Positions 1-9,669 of a DNA stretch of 64,000 bases are shown piece after piece (the first letter of the stretch is position 1; each line of letters begins with the position of its first letter). The stretch is from an uncultured Candidatus Bathyarchaeia archaeon (GTDB taxonomy: Archaea; Thermoproteota; Bathyarchaeia; TCS64), in contig CAZPMB010000002.1 in assembly GCA_964587735.1 (NCBI GenBank), positions 1,736 through 65,735 of the forward strand. The letters run 5' to 3'. A model generated the notes under the pieces. The model made no database searches. It was not told where the DNA came from and saw nothing but the letters and a program-made list of their open reading frames with translations. The translations under genes and the position numbers were made by a program.

Positions 1-1224
1 TTCAGCCGCTTCACGATCTCCTGGGCCTTATCGAATCTAATCTCCCCGGACTCCACGAGAGCCTCCACCGCCTTGTCGACGAGGCCCCCCTCTGCCCCGG
101 CCATCACCACCAGGTTGCGGGCGTGAAGGCGCATATGGCCTCGCTGGATCCCCTCCTGGGTGAGCGCCCTGAGGGCGCCGAGGTTCTGCGCAAGGCCCAC
201 TGCCACCATCACCTCGGCCAGCTCGGTCGCCCTTGAGACCCCCATCACCTTCAGCGCCAGACGGGCCATTGGATGGGTCTTTGTGGCGCCGCCTATTATC
301 CCAACGGCCATCGGCATCTCCAAGACCCCGACGAGGTCGCCGTTCTCGTTCTTTGACCATTTGCTAAGGGAGCTATATCGTCCCTTACGCGCCGCGTATG
401 CATGGGCCCCAGATTCGAGTGCCCTGTGGTCCTGGGCGACGGCCAGCGCCACGGCGACGACTCCGTTCATTATCCCCTTGTTGTGGGTGGTGGCCCTATA
501 GGGATCGGCGTCCGCGAAGGCCCACGCTGCGACGATGTTGTCTATCGCCTCCTCCCCGCCGATGTCCTCCTTTCGGATCACAGCTTCCGCGCGGGCGAGG
601 CGGTTGTCGGCGAGGTTGGAGATGATGCGGAGCAGGACACGGCCACCCGTAATTTCCTCCACGACGGGGGCGAGTGCCTCGCACATGGTGTTCACCGCGT
701 TGGCCCCCATTGCATCCCGGCAGTCAACGAGGAGGTGAAGGACCAGCATTTTACCGGCATCGGTCTCTATCACCCTCATCTGGACGTCCTTGGCTCCTCC
801 CCCAAACCGCACGAGCGTAGGATCCTGCTTATTCGCCAATTTCAGGAGCCCTTTCTTGGCGTCGGTCAGGGTTTTTTTAGCCCTGTTTAAGTCTGGTACG
901 TCGAGGACTTGGATCTGGCCTATCATGATCGGATCTGTGCAACTCGCCTTGATGCCGTCGCCGTCCCGCATCAGCCTCGCCATGTTGCTCGCAGCGGCCA
1001 CGACGGATGGCTCTTCGATAGCCATGGGGACGAGGCGGTCGCGGCCATTGATGCGAAAGTTGACTGCGATGCCAAGGGGGTAGGCTATGGCCCCGACGGT
1101 GTTCTCTATCATCTTGTCAGCCGCTTCTAGGCTTAGACCACCGCCGGAGTGGAGGAGGTCTACTTCCTCAGGTGTCAGCCCAACCTTCTCAGCGATGGCC
1201 TCGATCCTTTCCTCCATCGGCATC
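1..1224 (-). CDS. hmgA: 3-hydroxy-3-methylglutaryl-CoA reductase (class I), 3' end truncated by the window edge
   Basis: Reverse-strand translation from ATG at 1224 gives MPMEERIEAIAEKVGL... with DAMGANAVN, EMPMAVGIIGGATK and ENVIG-like motifs typical of HMG-CoA reductase. The ORF runs off position 1. The supplied ORF track only shows spurious overlapping frames here. Confidence 0.85.
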
Positions 1225-1424
1225 TTATAGAAGCCTGAGATACGGCTAGAGCCTTTGTCAGAAGCCAAGATCAGAATCCCCTGATTTGGTCTCTACGGGT
1301 GGGCCACTTTATATAACCGTTATGGTGGCTCAAAAGCCGGGTTCGATAGGAGGGAAAGCCTAAGCCTTGGAACGTGTTGGAGATGCTCTTCGGCCAGGCG
1401 TGAGTCATCATGTCAACGCGCAAA

Positions 1425-1432
1425 TTTAAATA
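1425..1432 (+). promoter_or_regulatory. Candidate archaeal TATA box (TTTAAATA) about 50 nt upstream of the PPAT start
   Basis: TTTAAATA preceded by a purine-rich BRE-like cgcaaa. Spacing to the ATG at 1482 fits a short 5' leader. Confidence 0.35.
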
Positions 1433-1481
1433 GGGCTATTGCTTCCTCCCGATGAAGCCGAGGGGACATGCTAAAAGCTAA

Positions 1482-2012
1482 ATGCTTGGTACGCATGGGT
1501 TAAGGAGAATCGGGGGGCTGGCCTGCCTGGAAAAGCTCATTCCGCTTGTCACGGTCGGCGGAACCTTCGATGTCCTCCATAAGGGCCACTGGTTCCTGCT
1601 CGAGGAGGCGTTCAACGTCTCCGAGAGGGTCATCATCGGCCTCACGACGGACGATTTCGCCCGGAGACTGAAGAAGCCCCACAAGATCGACCGCTACGAG
1701 AAGAGGCGGAGGGACCTCAAGAAGTTCCTGAAGGAGAAGGGCTTCTCTGAGAGGGCTGACATCTTGCCCATAGAAGACCTCTACGGGCCGACCATAGGCT
1801 CTCGCGAGTGTAGCGGCGAGATAGAGGGCGTAATAGTGAGCGAGGAGACCGAGCCCGGGGCCGAGGAGATCAACAGGATCAGGGTGAAGGAGGGAAAGAA
1901 GCCCCTGCTGATAATCGTGGTGAGCATGGTGCTTGCTGAGGACGGGAAGCCCATCTCCAGCACCCGCATCCGCAGGCAAGAAGTTGACCGCTACGGCAGG
2001 CTCGTGGGCTAG
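1482..2012 (+). CDS. Phosphopantetheine adenylyltransferase, archaeal type (cytidylyltransferase fold)
   Basis: GGTFDVLHKGH nucleotidyltransferase motif. The approximately 170-aa size and ...ISSTRIRR C-terminal region are typical of archaeal PPAT (COG1019). Confidence 0.7.
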   Translation: MLGTHGLRRIGGLACLEKLIPLVTVGGTFDVLHKGHWFLLEEAFNVSERVIIGLTTDDFARRLKKPHKIDRYEKRRRDLKKFLKEKGFSERADILPIEDLYGPTIGSRECSGEIEGVIVSEETEPGAEEINRIRVKEGKKPLLIIVVSMVLAEDGKPISSTRIRRQEVDRYGRLVG

Positions 2013-2027
2013 AACGAGCTGAATGAA

Positions 2028-3197
2028 ATGGTAACCATCGACCAGCATCTCGAGGTCATAGAAGATAACGCGCCAAGGATGATCGAGTTTCTAAGGAAGA
2101 TCGTAATGACCCCTAGCCTATCCGGCGAAGAAAGGGCAGTTGCCGAACTAGTTGCCGATGAGGCGAAGGGTCTCGGCTACGAGGTCGAAATGGATAAGAT
2201 GGGAAACGTCATCGCTAGACGCGGTGCCGGGCGCGGGAGGACCATACTTTTCGACGGCCACCTGGACCACATCCAACCCGGAGATCCTGAGAACTGGAGC
2301 CACGACCCTTACGCGGCAGGTGTTGTGGACGGCTTGATTTATGGCAGGGCAACCGTCGATATGAAGGGAGCCCTCGCGTCAATGGTCTACGGCTGCGCAG
2401 CTCCCGAACTACGAGGGGAGATAATCCTCTCGTGCGTCGTCCACGAGGAGACCAACGAGGGGGTGGCCACGAGGAACGTCATCAAAGAAAGGGGGTTAAA
2501 GCCAGCCGCCTGCGTTCTTGGAGAGCCGACAGACCTCCTGCTCAGCGTCGGCCAGCGGGGAAGGTGCGTTCTCAGGTTAATTGCGAGGGGCGCCACTAGC
2601 CACGCGAGCATGCCAGAGCTGGGGAAGAACGCCCTATACGAGATGGCCCCAATAATCGAGAGGATCCGAGAAGCGAACGAGCATCTACCAAGGCACCCAT
2701 TCCTCGGTTCAGGCACGATGGCAGTCACCTCCATCGCCTGTAGACCGGGAGCCGGCCCCATCATCCCCGACTACTGCGAGATCCAGGTCGACAGAAGGCT
2801 CGTTCCGCAGGAGACCCTCGAAGGCGTGCTGGCAGAGCTGAGAGCCCTCGCCCCCGGGGCGGAGGTTGAGTTGCTCGAGGACGAGTTCGTGTGCTACACG
2901 GGCTACAGGGAGAAGGCAAGACAATATTTCCAGGGATGGATCACCGACCGTAAACACTGGACAGTCCGGGAAAGCCTAAAGGCTTTAGAGGAGGGCATGG
3001 GGAGGAAGCCCGGGGTGACCGGGTGGAGGTTCAGCACCGACGGCGTGGCGACTGCTGGTGAGATGGACATACCGACAGTCGGCTTTGGGCCAGGAGACCC
3101 ATCCCTAGCCCACCAGCCAAACGAGCATATAGCTTTGTCCGACGTAGTTGCAGCGGCGAGGGGTTACTGCGCTCTTGCATACAGGCTGGCAGCCTAA
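2028..3197 (+). CDS. M20 family metallopeptidase (ArgE/DapE/CPG2-like deacylase)
   Basis: 389 aa with HxD...GRGxxDMKG metal-binding signature (DGHLDHI, GRATVDMKG) and a C-terminal dimerisation-type region. Confidence 0.7.
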   Translation: MVTIDQHLEVIEDNAPRMIEFLRKIVMTPSLSGEERAVAELVADEAKGLGYEVEMDKMGNVIARRGAGRGRTILFDGHLDHIQPGDPENWSHDPYAAGVVDGLIYGRATVDMKGALASMVYGCAAPELRGEIILSCVVHEETNEGVATRNVIKERGLKPAACVLGEPTDLLLSVGQRGRCVLRLIARGATSHASMPELGKNALYEMAPIIERIREANEHLPRHPFLGSGTMAVTSIACRPGAGPIIPDYCEIQVDRRLVPQETLEGVLAELRALAPGAEVELLEDEFVCYTGYREKARQYFQGWITDRKHWTVRESLKALEEGMGRKPGVTGWRFSTDGVATAGEMDIPTVGFGPGDPSLAHQPNEHIALSDVVAAARGYCALAYRLAA

Positions 3198-3255
3198 TGC
3201 TTACTGGCTTCGCTCGTGCACCGCCCTGTAGCGAGCTGTCTGCATTTCTAAGGCA

Positions 3256-3978
3256 TTATCGTTTTTCCTTTCCGTATTTACACGCCCTTTGGCATTCAAC
3301 GCACATCAGGTGAGAGTTTTTGGTGAACGAGGGCTCGTGTCTTCCCAGCACTTCCTCGTATCTGGAAACGTCTCCACCCGCGATGTGAACACCGACGAGA
3401 CATTTAGTGTCGTCGACTTTGTACGGCGTTAGAGCCCCAACCGGGCAAGCCCTGATGCATTCTTCGCAGTCTCCGCAGAGATCGCGCTCGAATGGCTGAT
3501 CAGCCCTCATCTCGGCGTTCGTCACGACCACGGCCAGACGAACCCATGGGCCGAAGTCCGGATTGACGATCAGGGCGTTCTTACCATAGTTCCCTAATCC
3601 AGCCAGCTGGGCCAAACGTTTATGCGATACTGAGTGGAAGGTAACCGCCTTGTAGCCCATGCCCTCCAAGCGATGGGTCACCGCCCGCCTCGGAGCGTCT
3701 AATGAGAAGTAGCCCGGGTAGACCCAGCGCTCCCCCTTCCTGATCGCGAGTTCGAGCATTTCGTCCCAGACGTGATTGCCTATGACGACGATGGACTTCG
3801 AGTCCGGCATGACGTCGGTGGTCCTTTTGTTGTAATCCTGAATCATCCACCCGACCCAGACTTTGGGAAGGGCATCGATTGTATTTGCGGAGACGATCCC
3901 GACAAGGTCGGCGCCCGAACTCAGCGCAACCTCCTTGATCTCCTTCGAGAGTTTCTCGGCCTTAGAATCAGTCTTCAA
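3256..3978 (-). CDS. 4Fe-4S dicluster domain protein, QueG (epoxyqueuosine reductase)-like family
   Basis: C-terminal CGDCEECIRACPVGAL plus a second Cys cluster (CVECQRAC). Overall layout resembles the COG1600 QueG/RdhA superfamily. Function not assignable. Confidence 0.45.
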   Translation of the reverse strand: MKTDSKAEKLSKEIKEVALSSGADLVGIVSANTIDALPKVWVGWMIQDYNKRTTDVMPDSKSIVVIGNHVWDEMLELAIRKGERWVYPGYFSLDAPRRAVTHRLEGMGYKAVTFHSVSHKRLAQLAGLGNYGKNALIVNPDFGPWVRLAVVVTNAEMRADQPFERDLCGDCEECIRACPVGALTPYKVDDTKCLVGVHIAGGDVSRYEEVLGRHEPSFTKNSHLMCVECQRACKYGKEKR

Positions 3979-4115
3979 TGTATGACACTCAAATCCGTTT
4001 ACAATACAGGATTAAAAATTTTTGTAAAGGAAGGCTAACCGTCATTCTTCCAGTAGTAACAAATTCTATCAACCCATAAAGATGTCTCGACTCCCAAAGA
4101 CAGCCTTGATGTTCA

Positions 4116-5207
4116 CTATTGGCTTTTACCCCGGGCTGAGATCTTCCAGACAGCTTCAAGAGAGCCATCCCTAACGCAATGGAAACTGTCGTAGAGGTTC
4201 GAGTTTGTGCAGCAGTGCGTAACTAGTAGCTCAATTTTATCTCCCGCCTTAATCTTAGAGTCCGGTTCGACCTTCAGCCTGCCATGCTCCTCTGAAGCGC
4301 GCTCGTAATCAACGCCCCTGATCTCCACTACGGGCGGCAGGCCAAACTCTGTTGTGACCGCCTTCAGACCGGCATCGCATATCGCCACACCAGGCCGGGG
4401 AAGGCTGATTACGGTTGTGAGGACCGTCATGGCCTTCCCAAAGCCTTCAAGACCCTCGACCTTGCTGTATGTGGCGTCCATGAACACGTAGGAGCCGGCC
4501 TCTACCTCCGTCACGCCTGGATATTTTCCCGTGATCATGTGGGTCCCCGTGCCGCCTGCGCTCACGATCTCAATTCCGAAGCCCGCATCCTCGAGAGTGT
4601 CCTTTGCCGAGATGAGCTTGGCCATCGCCCCATGGGCCTTCTCCCGTCGCTCTTCAAGGCTTCGGATGTTCTGGCAGAAGCCCTCGTATCCGAGGAGCCC
4701 CCCGAGGTTCAGGCTTGGGTGGCTTGCCACTTCCCTTGCGAGGTCGAGCGTGGGCTTCCCAGGCGCGGTCCCGCACCGGTTGTTACCAACATCCACCTCG
4801 ATTAGGACGTTCAGCCTAACACCCTTCTCCCTGGCTGAGTCTGCAAGGTGCCTGACGTTGCCGGCGTTGTCTACTGCGACGATGATGTCGCTGTGCTTGG
4901 CGAGGTTCACGAGGCGTGTGACCTTCGGCTCGCCAACGACCTGGTTGGCGACGAGGACATCCCTGATTCCGGCCTCGACCATCGCCTCTGCCTCTCCCAG
5001 CTTGGCACAGGTTATGCCGATGGCCCCGGCCTCGATCTGCTTGTGGGCTATGATGGGGCACTTGTGGGTCTTCTCGTGGGGTCTCAGCCCAGCTGTAACG
5101 GAACGGAAGAACCTCGCCATCTCTTCTATGTTCCCCTCCATCACGTCGAGATCTATGAGGAGGGCTGGCGTGTCTATCTCGCTCTTTTCGGCGCCTAGAT
5201 TAACCAT
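4116..5207 (-). CDS. PLP-dependent D-threonine aldolase / D-serine deaminase family enzyme (alanine-racemase-like N domain)
   Basis: HEKTHKCP PLP-lysine motif and C-terminal D-serine dehydratase-like domain. 363 aa, COG3616-like. Confidence 0.65.
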   Translation of the reverse strand: MVNLGAEKSEIDTPALLIDLDVMEGNIEEMARFFRSVTAGLRPHEKTHKCPIIAHKQIEAGAIGITCAKLGEAEAMVEAGIRDVLVANQVVGEPKVTRLVNLAKHSDIIVAVDNAGNVRHLADSAREKGVRLNVLIEVDVGNNRCGTAPGKPTLDLAREVASHPSLNLGGLLGYEGFCQNIRSLEERREKAHGAMAKLISAKDTLEDAGFGIEIVSAGGTGTHMITGKYPGVTEVEAGSYVFMDATYSKVEGLEGFGKAMTVLTTVISLPRPGVAICDAGLKAVTTEFGLPPVVEIRGVDYERASEEHGRLKVEPDSKIKAGDKIELLVTHCCTNSNLYDSFHCVRDGSLEAVWKISARGKSQ

Positions 5208-5323
5208 AAAGTATCCGATACCCTATCCGGGAAACGCCTTAAAGGCTTCGCCGTTTTAATGCAGTTTCACCCGTCTCCCCGCCTCAAAAAAGTTGGTAAA
5301 CGTTTTACATTCGGCTTCCTGCT

Positions 5324-6457
5324 TTGAATTCGAGGATAATCCGTGTGATAGGGACGGCTCTTCTTCCCCTTCACCACGGCCGCGCGCCCAGGTGGCTCTT
5401 CAGCAGGATGGTGAAGCTTGCGGAGTGCATCGTCGAGATCATCGTCCGCGAGCACGGGGTCAGAGGCCTCCTCGAGCGCCTCTCGGACCCATGGTTCTTC
5501 CAGTCCCTCAGCTGCGTCCTCGGCTACGACTGGCACTCCAGCGGAACCACCACGGTTACTTGCGGGGCCTTGAAGGAAGCAATCAATCCTGGGGAGATGG
5601 GCGTGGCTGTCGCCGGGGGTAAGGGCAGGGCCTCACGTAAAGCGCCGGCCGAGATAGAGGAGCAGGGCCTGGGCTTCGGACTAAGCACTGGCAGGATCCA
5701 GGAGCTCCAGTACGCGAGCAGGATGGCCGCGAAGGTGGACAACAACCTCGTCCAAGACGGCTACGACATCTACCACCACACATTCGTCTTCGACGAGGTG
5801 GGCCGGTGGATAGTCATACAGCAGGGTATCAACGAGGCAGAGGGAAACGCCAGGCGCTATCACTGGCCACCGGAGCACAGGGACTTCATCGAGGAGCCTC
5901 AAAACGCCATCCTCTGCGACAGCCGCATCCCGGCAGTACTAGACATGACCTCCGCCAAGAGCACCGACAGCCGCAGAGCCTGCGTGGACCTAGCCAGGGA
6001 GGACCCTCGGCTTCTGAGACGAATGCTGGTCGCCGCGAGGCCAATCCACCAGAGATCGCTGGGAGAGTGGATGACTGGGGGCAGCCACAACGAGGTTCTT
6101 ATAATGCCGAGGCGAATAAACTGGGAGGCGATGAAAGAGGTCTACGAGTTCCAGCCGCGGAGCTATGAGGAGCTGGTCTCCCTCCGGGGCGTGGGCTCCT
6201 CAACCATTCGCGGCCTTGCTCTGGTCGCTGAACTGGTATACGGGCAACCCCCCAGCTGGCGGGACCCGGTCCGCTTCAGCTTCGCTTTCGGGGGCAAGGA
6301 TGGCGTCCCCTTTTCCGTTGACAAAGGGGGGATGGACGGGGCAGTGGAACTTCTGAGGGCCGGCGTCGAGGAGACTAGATTGGGGCGCGAGGAAAAGCTC
6401 AGGGCCATACGGAGGCTGAGGGGCTGCGTGCCTCCAATCCCGGAGGACAGAGGCTGA
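5324..6457 (+). CDS. DUF763 family protein
   Basis: LPLHHGRAPRWLF ... DPWFFQS motifs characteristic of archaeal DUF763. TTG start. Confidence 0.5.
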   Translation: MNSRIIRVIGTALLPLHHGRAPRWLFSRMVKLAECIVEIIVREHGVRGLLERLSDPWFFQSLSCVLGYDWHSSGTTTVTCGALKEAINPGEMGVAVAGGKGRASRKAPAEIEEQGLGFGLSTGRIQELQYASRMAAKVDNNLVQDGYDIYHHTFVFDEVGRWIVIQQGINEAEGNARRYHWPPEHRDFIEEPQNAILCDSRIPAVLDMTSAKSTDSRRACVDLAREDPRLLRRMLVAARPIHQRSLGEWMTGGSHNEVLIMPRRINWEAMKEVYEFQPRSYEELVSLRGVGSSTIRGLALVAELVYGQPPSWRDPVRFSFAFGGKDGVPFSVDKGGMDGAVELLRAGVEETRLGREEKLRAIRRLRGCVPPIPEDRG

Positions 6458-7527
6458 TGTCCTCGGAGCTTAGCTTGAACGAGGCCATACAAAATGTTCC
6501 GATCACCCGAGATGCGGCTGAGGTCATACTATCGCTAAAAAAGATCCCATCCGGTCTTCTGGAATTGGCTGGGGCAGTACGGGACAGCCGCCTCGGCAGG
6601 GAACTCCGGTTCTACTACCCCCTCCCACGGTTCCCGAACGTCTCCGTGACGGGGGACAGGTGCTCGTTGAGGTGCAAGCACTGCGGCGGATACTATCTGC
6701 GGGGGATGACGAGCGTCGAGACTCCCTCCAAGTTGAAGAAGTTCTGCACCAAGCTGGAGGCGGATGGGGGAGTCGGCCTCCTAATCAGCGGAGGCTCCGA
6801 CAGGAAAGGGAGGGTCCCCCTCGACCGGTTCTACAACGCGTTTAGGTGGGTGAAGGAGAACACGGGCCTCATCGTCAACGTCCACACCGGGCTGCTGGAC
6901 CCTGGGCAGGCGGATGGGATCGCCTCGACTGGCATCGACATTGCGTCCGTTGACGTCGTGGGCAGCGACGAGACCATCAGGCGAGTCTACGGCCTGAAGG
7001 CTACGAAGGAGGACTACTCGGGAACCCTGGAATCGCTGAAGAATGCGGAAGTCCCCCACGTCATCCCTCACATATGTGTCGGCCTCGACTTCGGGGAGAT
7101 CGGGGGGGAGGTGGCTGCCTTGGAGATAGCCAAGAAGATAGACCCAGAGCTGGTCGTACTCCTAGAGCTTATGCCGACTCAGGGGACGGCGATGGAGGCT
7201 GTGAAGCCGCCCTCAGCCGAGGAAATGGCGATGGTCGTGGCTGCGGCGAGGCTGATGTGCCCTGGGGCCGGCATCGCCCTGGGCTGCATGCGCCCCAGAA
7301 CTGGCAAGGACAGGGTAGAAGAACTGGCGTTAGAGGCGGGGGTCGACAGGATCGTCCTTCCCTCAAGATCAACGGTCGAAAGGGCGGGGATTGCGGGTTT
7401 CAGCGTCAGGCATTTGGACGGATGCTGTGCGATTCCCAAGAGCCTCGAGGGCCGAGCGCTAAGGCTTGGTGGCTCCCAGGCTCATCTCCAGAACGTGAAT
7501 GAAGTCCCCGGGCGAGACGCCTATTAG
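6457..7527 (+). CDS. Radical SAM protein, candidate LipS1/LipS2-type lipoyl synthase component
   Basis: CSLRCKHCGG (Cx3Cx2C) radical SAM motif. Sits convergent to and overlapping the split lplA genes. Start overlaps the stop of the upstream DUF763 gene. Confidence 0.5.
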   Translation: MSSELSLNEAIQNVPITRDAAEVILSLKKIPSGLLELAGAVRDSRLGRELRFYYPLPRFPNVSVTGDRCSLRCKHCGGYYLRGMTSVETPSKLKKFCTKLEADGGVGLLISGGSDRKGRVPLDRFYNAFRWVKENTGLIVNVHTGLLDPGQADGIASTGIDIASVDVVGSDETIRRVYGLKATKEDYSGTLESLKNAEVPHVIPHICVGLDFGEIGGEVAALEIAKKIDPELVVLLELMPTQGTAMEAVKPPSAEEMAMVVAAARLMCPGAGIALGCMRPRTGKDRVEELALEAGVDRIVLPSRSTVERAGIAGFSVRHLDGCCAIPKSLEGRALRLGGSQAHLQNVNEVPGRDAY

Positions 7528-7746
7528 GTCTACTGAGCGGCTCCCGAAGAAGACCTTAACGGCTTTCTCCAGCGACCCCCTCTCGGCTGGGAGGCCTGCG
7601 AGGGCGCCCTCGAGCTCCTCTATCGACTCCTCAGGGTGCATGAAGAAGTCGCCTGTGATCTTGACCCTGGCCAGGCGGCCTCGCTCGACCCTCGTCTCCG
7701 CAACGATCAGCTTCCCACCGGGTACCTTGAACTCGAAACGCCCCAA
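7459..7746 (-). CDS. Lipoate-protein ligase C-terminal domain protein (LplB / Lpl-C)
   Basis: 95-aa protein immediately downstream of LplA-N, as in Thermoplasma-type split LplA. The KITGDFF motif is typical of the LplA C-terminal domain. Confidence 0.6.
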   Translation of the reverse strand: MGRFEFKVPGGKLIVAETRVERGRLARVKITGDFFMHPEESIEELEGALAGLPAERGSLEKAVKVFFGSRSVDLIGVSPGDFIHVLEMSLGATKP

Positions 7747-7750
7747 GGAC

Positions 7751-8524
7751 CTACCTCCTGAATATCCAATCGTGGGAGCGATACCTCTCCCTGAACTTCT
7801 CCATCAGCCCCTCCTCGTAGGGGGTGAGTTCCCCGGGCTCGAGGCGGACGTCGAGGGTCTCCTCGAAACCCGTTACGAGGGCCCTGCGCACCTCGTCGAA
7901 GGAGATGTCGCGCCCCAGCTCACGGCGGATGCTAGTCACCCTCTCCTCCGCTGCCTTGATCATCTTGTCGCTGATCTTCGTGTCTGAGACCTTTAGCACG
8001 GTGAAGATCTTCTTGACGTCACAGTCAACTAGGACCGTGCCGTGCTGCAGGACGGAGCCATAGCGGCGGGTCTGGGCGTTGCCCGAGATCTTCCTGCCCC
8101 CCGAGACTATATCGTTTATCGGCTTGAACTCGGCCTCCAGTCCAAGCGCCCTCAGCCCCCTGATCAAGCATCCGCATATCAGTCTGTAGGATGAGACGAT
8201 GTCCTTAGGAATCTTAGGGTCGTCGTCAGGGGCGATGAGGCTGTAGGTGATCTCCCCGTCGTAGTCGTGGAAGACGGCCCCCCCGCCAGTTATGCGGCGG
8301 ATCACGTCTACTCCGAGGCGGCGGCAGGACTCGAGGTCAACCTCGTCCCTCATGCTCTGGAAGTATCCCACAGACACCGCGGAGGGGTTCCACCTGTAAA
8401 ACCTGACGGTGTTGGGCGTCTCCCCCATCCTCCTAGCGTAGGCTATGGATTCGTCTATGCCCATCTGGGTATAGGCGTCCTCGACCCTCATATCGATCAA
8501 GCGCCATTTCTCACTCATTTTCAT
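7751..8524 (-). CDS. lplA: Lipoate-protein ligase A, catalytic N-terminal domain (Lpl-N)
   Basis: BPL/LPL catalytic domain: RRxTGGGAVFHD, YRWNP. 257 aa lacking the C-terminal domain, which is encoded separately downstream. Confidence 0.8.
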   Translation of the reverse strand: MKMSEKWRLIDMRVEDAYTQMGIDESIAYARRMGETPNTVRFYRWNPSAVSVGYFQSMRDEVDLESCRRLGVDVIRRITGGGAVFHDYDGEITYSLIAPDDDPKIPKDIVSSYRLICGCLIRGLRALGLEAEFKPINDIVSGGRKISGNAQTRRYGSVLQHGTVLVDCDVKKIFTVLKVSDTKISDKMIKAAEERVTSIRRELGRDISFDEVRRALVTGFEETLDVRLEPGELTPYEEGLMEKFRERYRSHDWIFRR

Positions 8525-9509
8525 TCAACCCTATCAGTGCGGCCTCCCTTTGCGCCTCCTCCAGGGTCAGGCCCCACGGGTAGTTGTAGAACGGACCCGA
8601 CGGTCGTTCGTTATAGTAGGGCCGATTGCAGCCCGGGCAGCCGCTGGTCCGGAAAGCCTCCCCCTCAATCAGGGCCATTCGAATGGTCTCTGCGTCCGCT
8701 CCTGGGTCCTTCAGCTTCCCACCCTCGTCGAACTCCATGTCCTCGAATCGGGTCAGCCCTTGCGTCACAAGGTACCTTGCGAGTTGGACGCGACGATAGG
8801 CCTCCAAGGGAGGCTGGGGGCGATCGACGAGGGTGGTGCCCGGCACGGGTGTGAAGGCGTATAAAGCAGTCCGGATCTTCATGTCCAACAACTGTTGAAT
8901 AAGCCTAACGGCCTCCTCCTCCGTCTCCCCTAGGCCGACGATGAGGTTGGAATAGACCTTTCCCTCGCCGAAAACCTCGACAGCGGTCCTTAACGCCTTC
9001 ATGTGCTCCTCCCAGCTGTAGGGCCCACCAGCGGACCTCCCCTTTACCTCGTCGAAGAGTTTCGGCGTCGCAGCATCCAGCGGTATGCTGATCCGATCAA
9101 GGCCGGCCTTCTTCAGCCTCTCCATGTTGCTCCTGCCCAATGGGGGAGTGTCGAGCGAGACCGGGAGCCCAGTTGCATCCCTGATCTCTCTCAGCAGCGC
9201 GAGTACGTCATCGATGAACCCGGGGTAGTTGATCGCTTGGATGCATACCCTTTCGATGATTTTCTCAGCGGGTCGCATAAGCCCGTGAATAAATTTCTCC
9301 GTGGGGAAGGCTGGCCAGATGACCCTCGACAAAAGGGACTTCTTCGAGATGCTCCCTCGGGCCTGGGGGCAGAACGCGCAGTTCGCCGTGCAACTGCCCT
9401 CCGTGTAGGTCATTGTGTAGGCGGTCGTGGGCTTCGCGTCGAGCCAGCACTCTGTAAGCCCCAGAACTGAGGCCGTGCCGATGCTGACCCTCAGCCATTT
9501 GGGAATCAA
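8511..9509 (-). CDS. Radical SAM protein, candidate LipS1/LipS2-type lipoyl synthase component
   Basis: CTANCAFCPQ (Cx3Cx2C). Overlaps the lplA-N start by 14 nt (same operon). Second radical SAM in the lipoylation cluster. Confidence 0.5.
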   Translation of the reverse strand: MIPKWLRVSIGTASVLGLTECWLDAKPTTAYTMTYTEGSCTANCAFCPQARGSISKKSLLSRVIWPAFPTEKFIHGLMRPAEKIIERVCIQAINYPGFIDDVLALLREIRDATGLPVSLDTPPLGRSNMERLKKAGLDRISIPLDAATPKLFDEVKGRSAGGPYSWEEHMKALRTAVEVFGEGKVYSNLIVGLGETEEEAVRLIQQLLDMKIRTALYAFTPVPGTTLVDRPQPPLEAYRRVQLARYLVTQGLTRFEDMEFDEGGKLKDPGADAETIRMALIEGEAFRTSGCPGCNRPYYNERPSGPFYNYPWGLTLEEAQREAALIGLNENE

Positions 9510-9669
9510 TTAAACCCCTCGGGAGGCGCCATTACTAGGCGATTATGGTCCCGAGCCTCTTATAGCTTTTTAACCTGATTACTAACCCAACTACACGGGA
9601 CACGATCGCGTCTGGAAAGCTCACATACTCATTCTAATATTCGGTGCGTCCCTTCCACACGGAGCGCAT

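Noticed and set aside
37-1130. Several ORFs of 60-160 aa on both strands in the first kilobase (37..360, 160..501, 402..890, 790..1083 and others)
   Set aside because: All lie inside the single long reverse-strand reading frame encoding HMG-CoA reductase, whose translation carries clear family motifs. They are out-of-frame or antisense artefacts of high GC content.
1330-1352. GGGTTCGAT T-loop-like motif suggesting a tRNA
   Set aside because: No matching acceptor or T-stem complement and no anticodon-arm structure nearby, so this is an isolated chance match.
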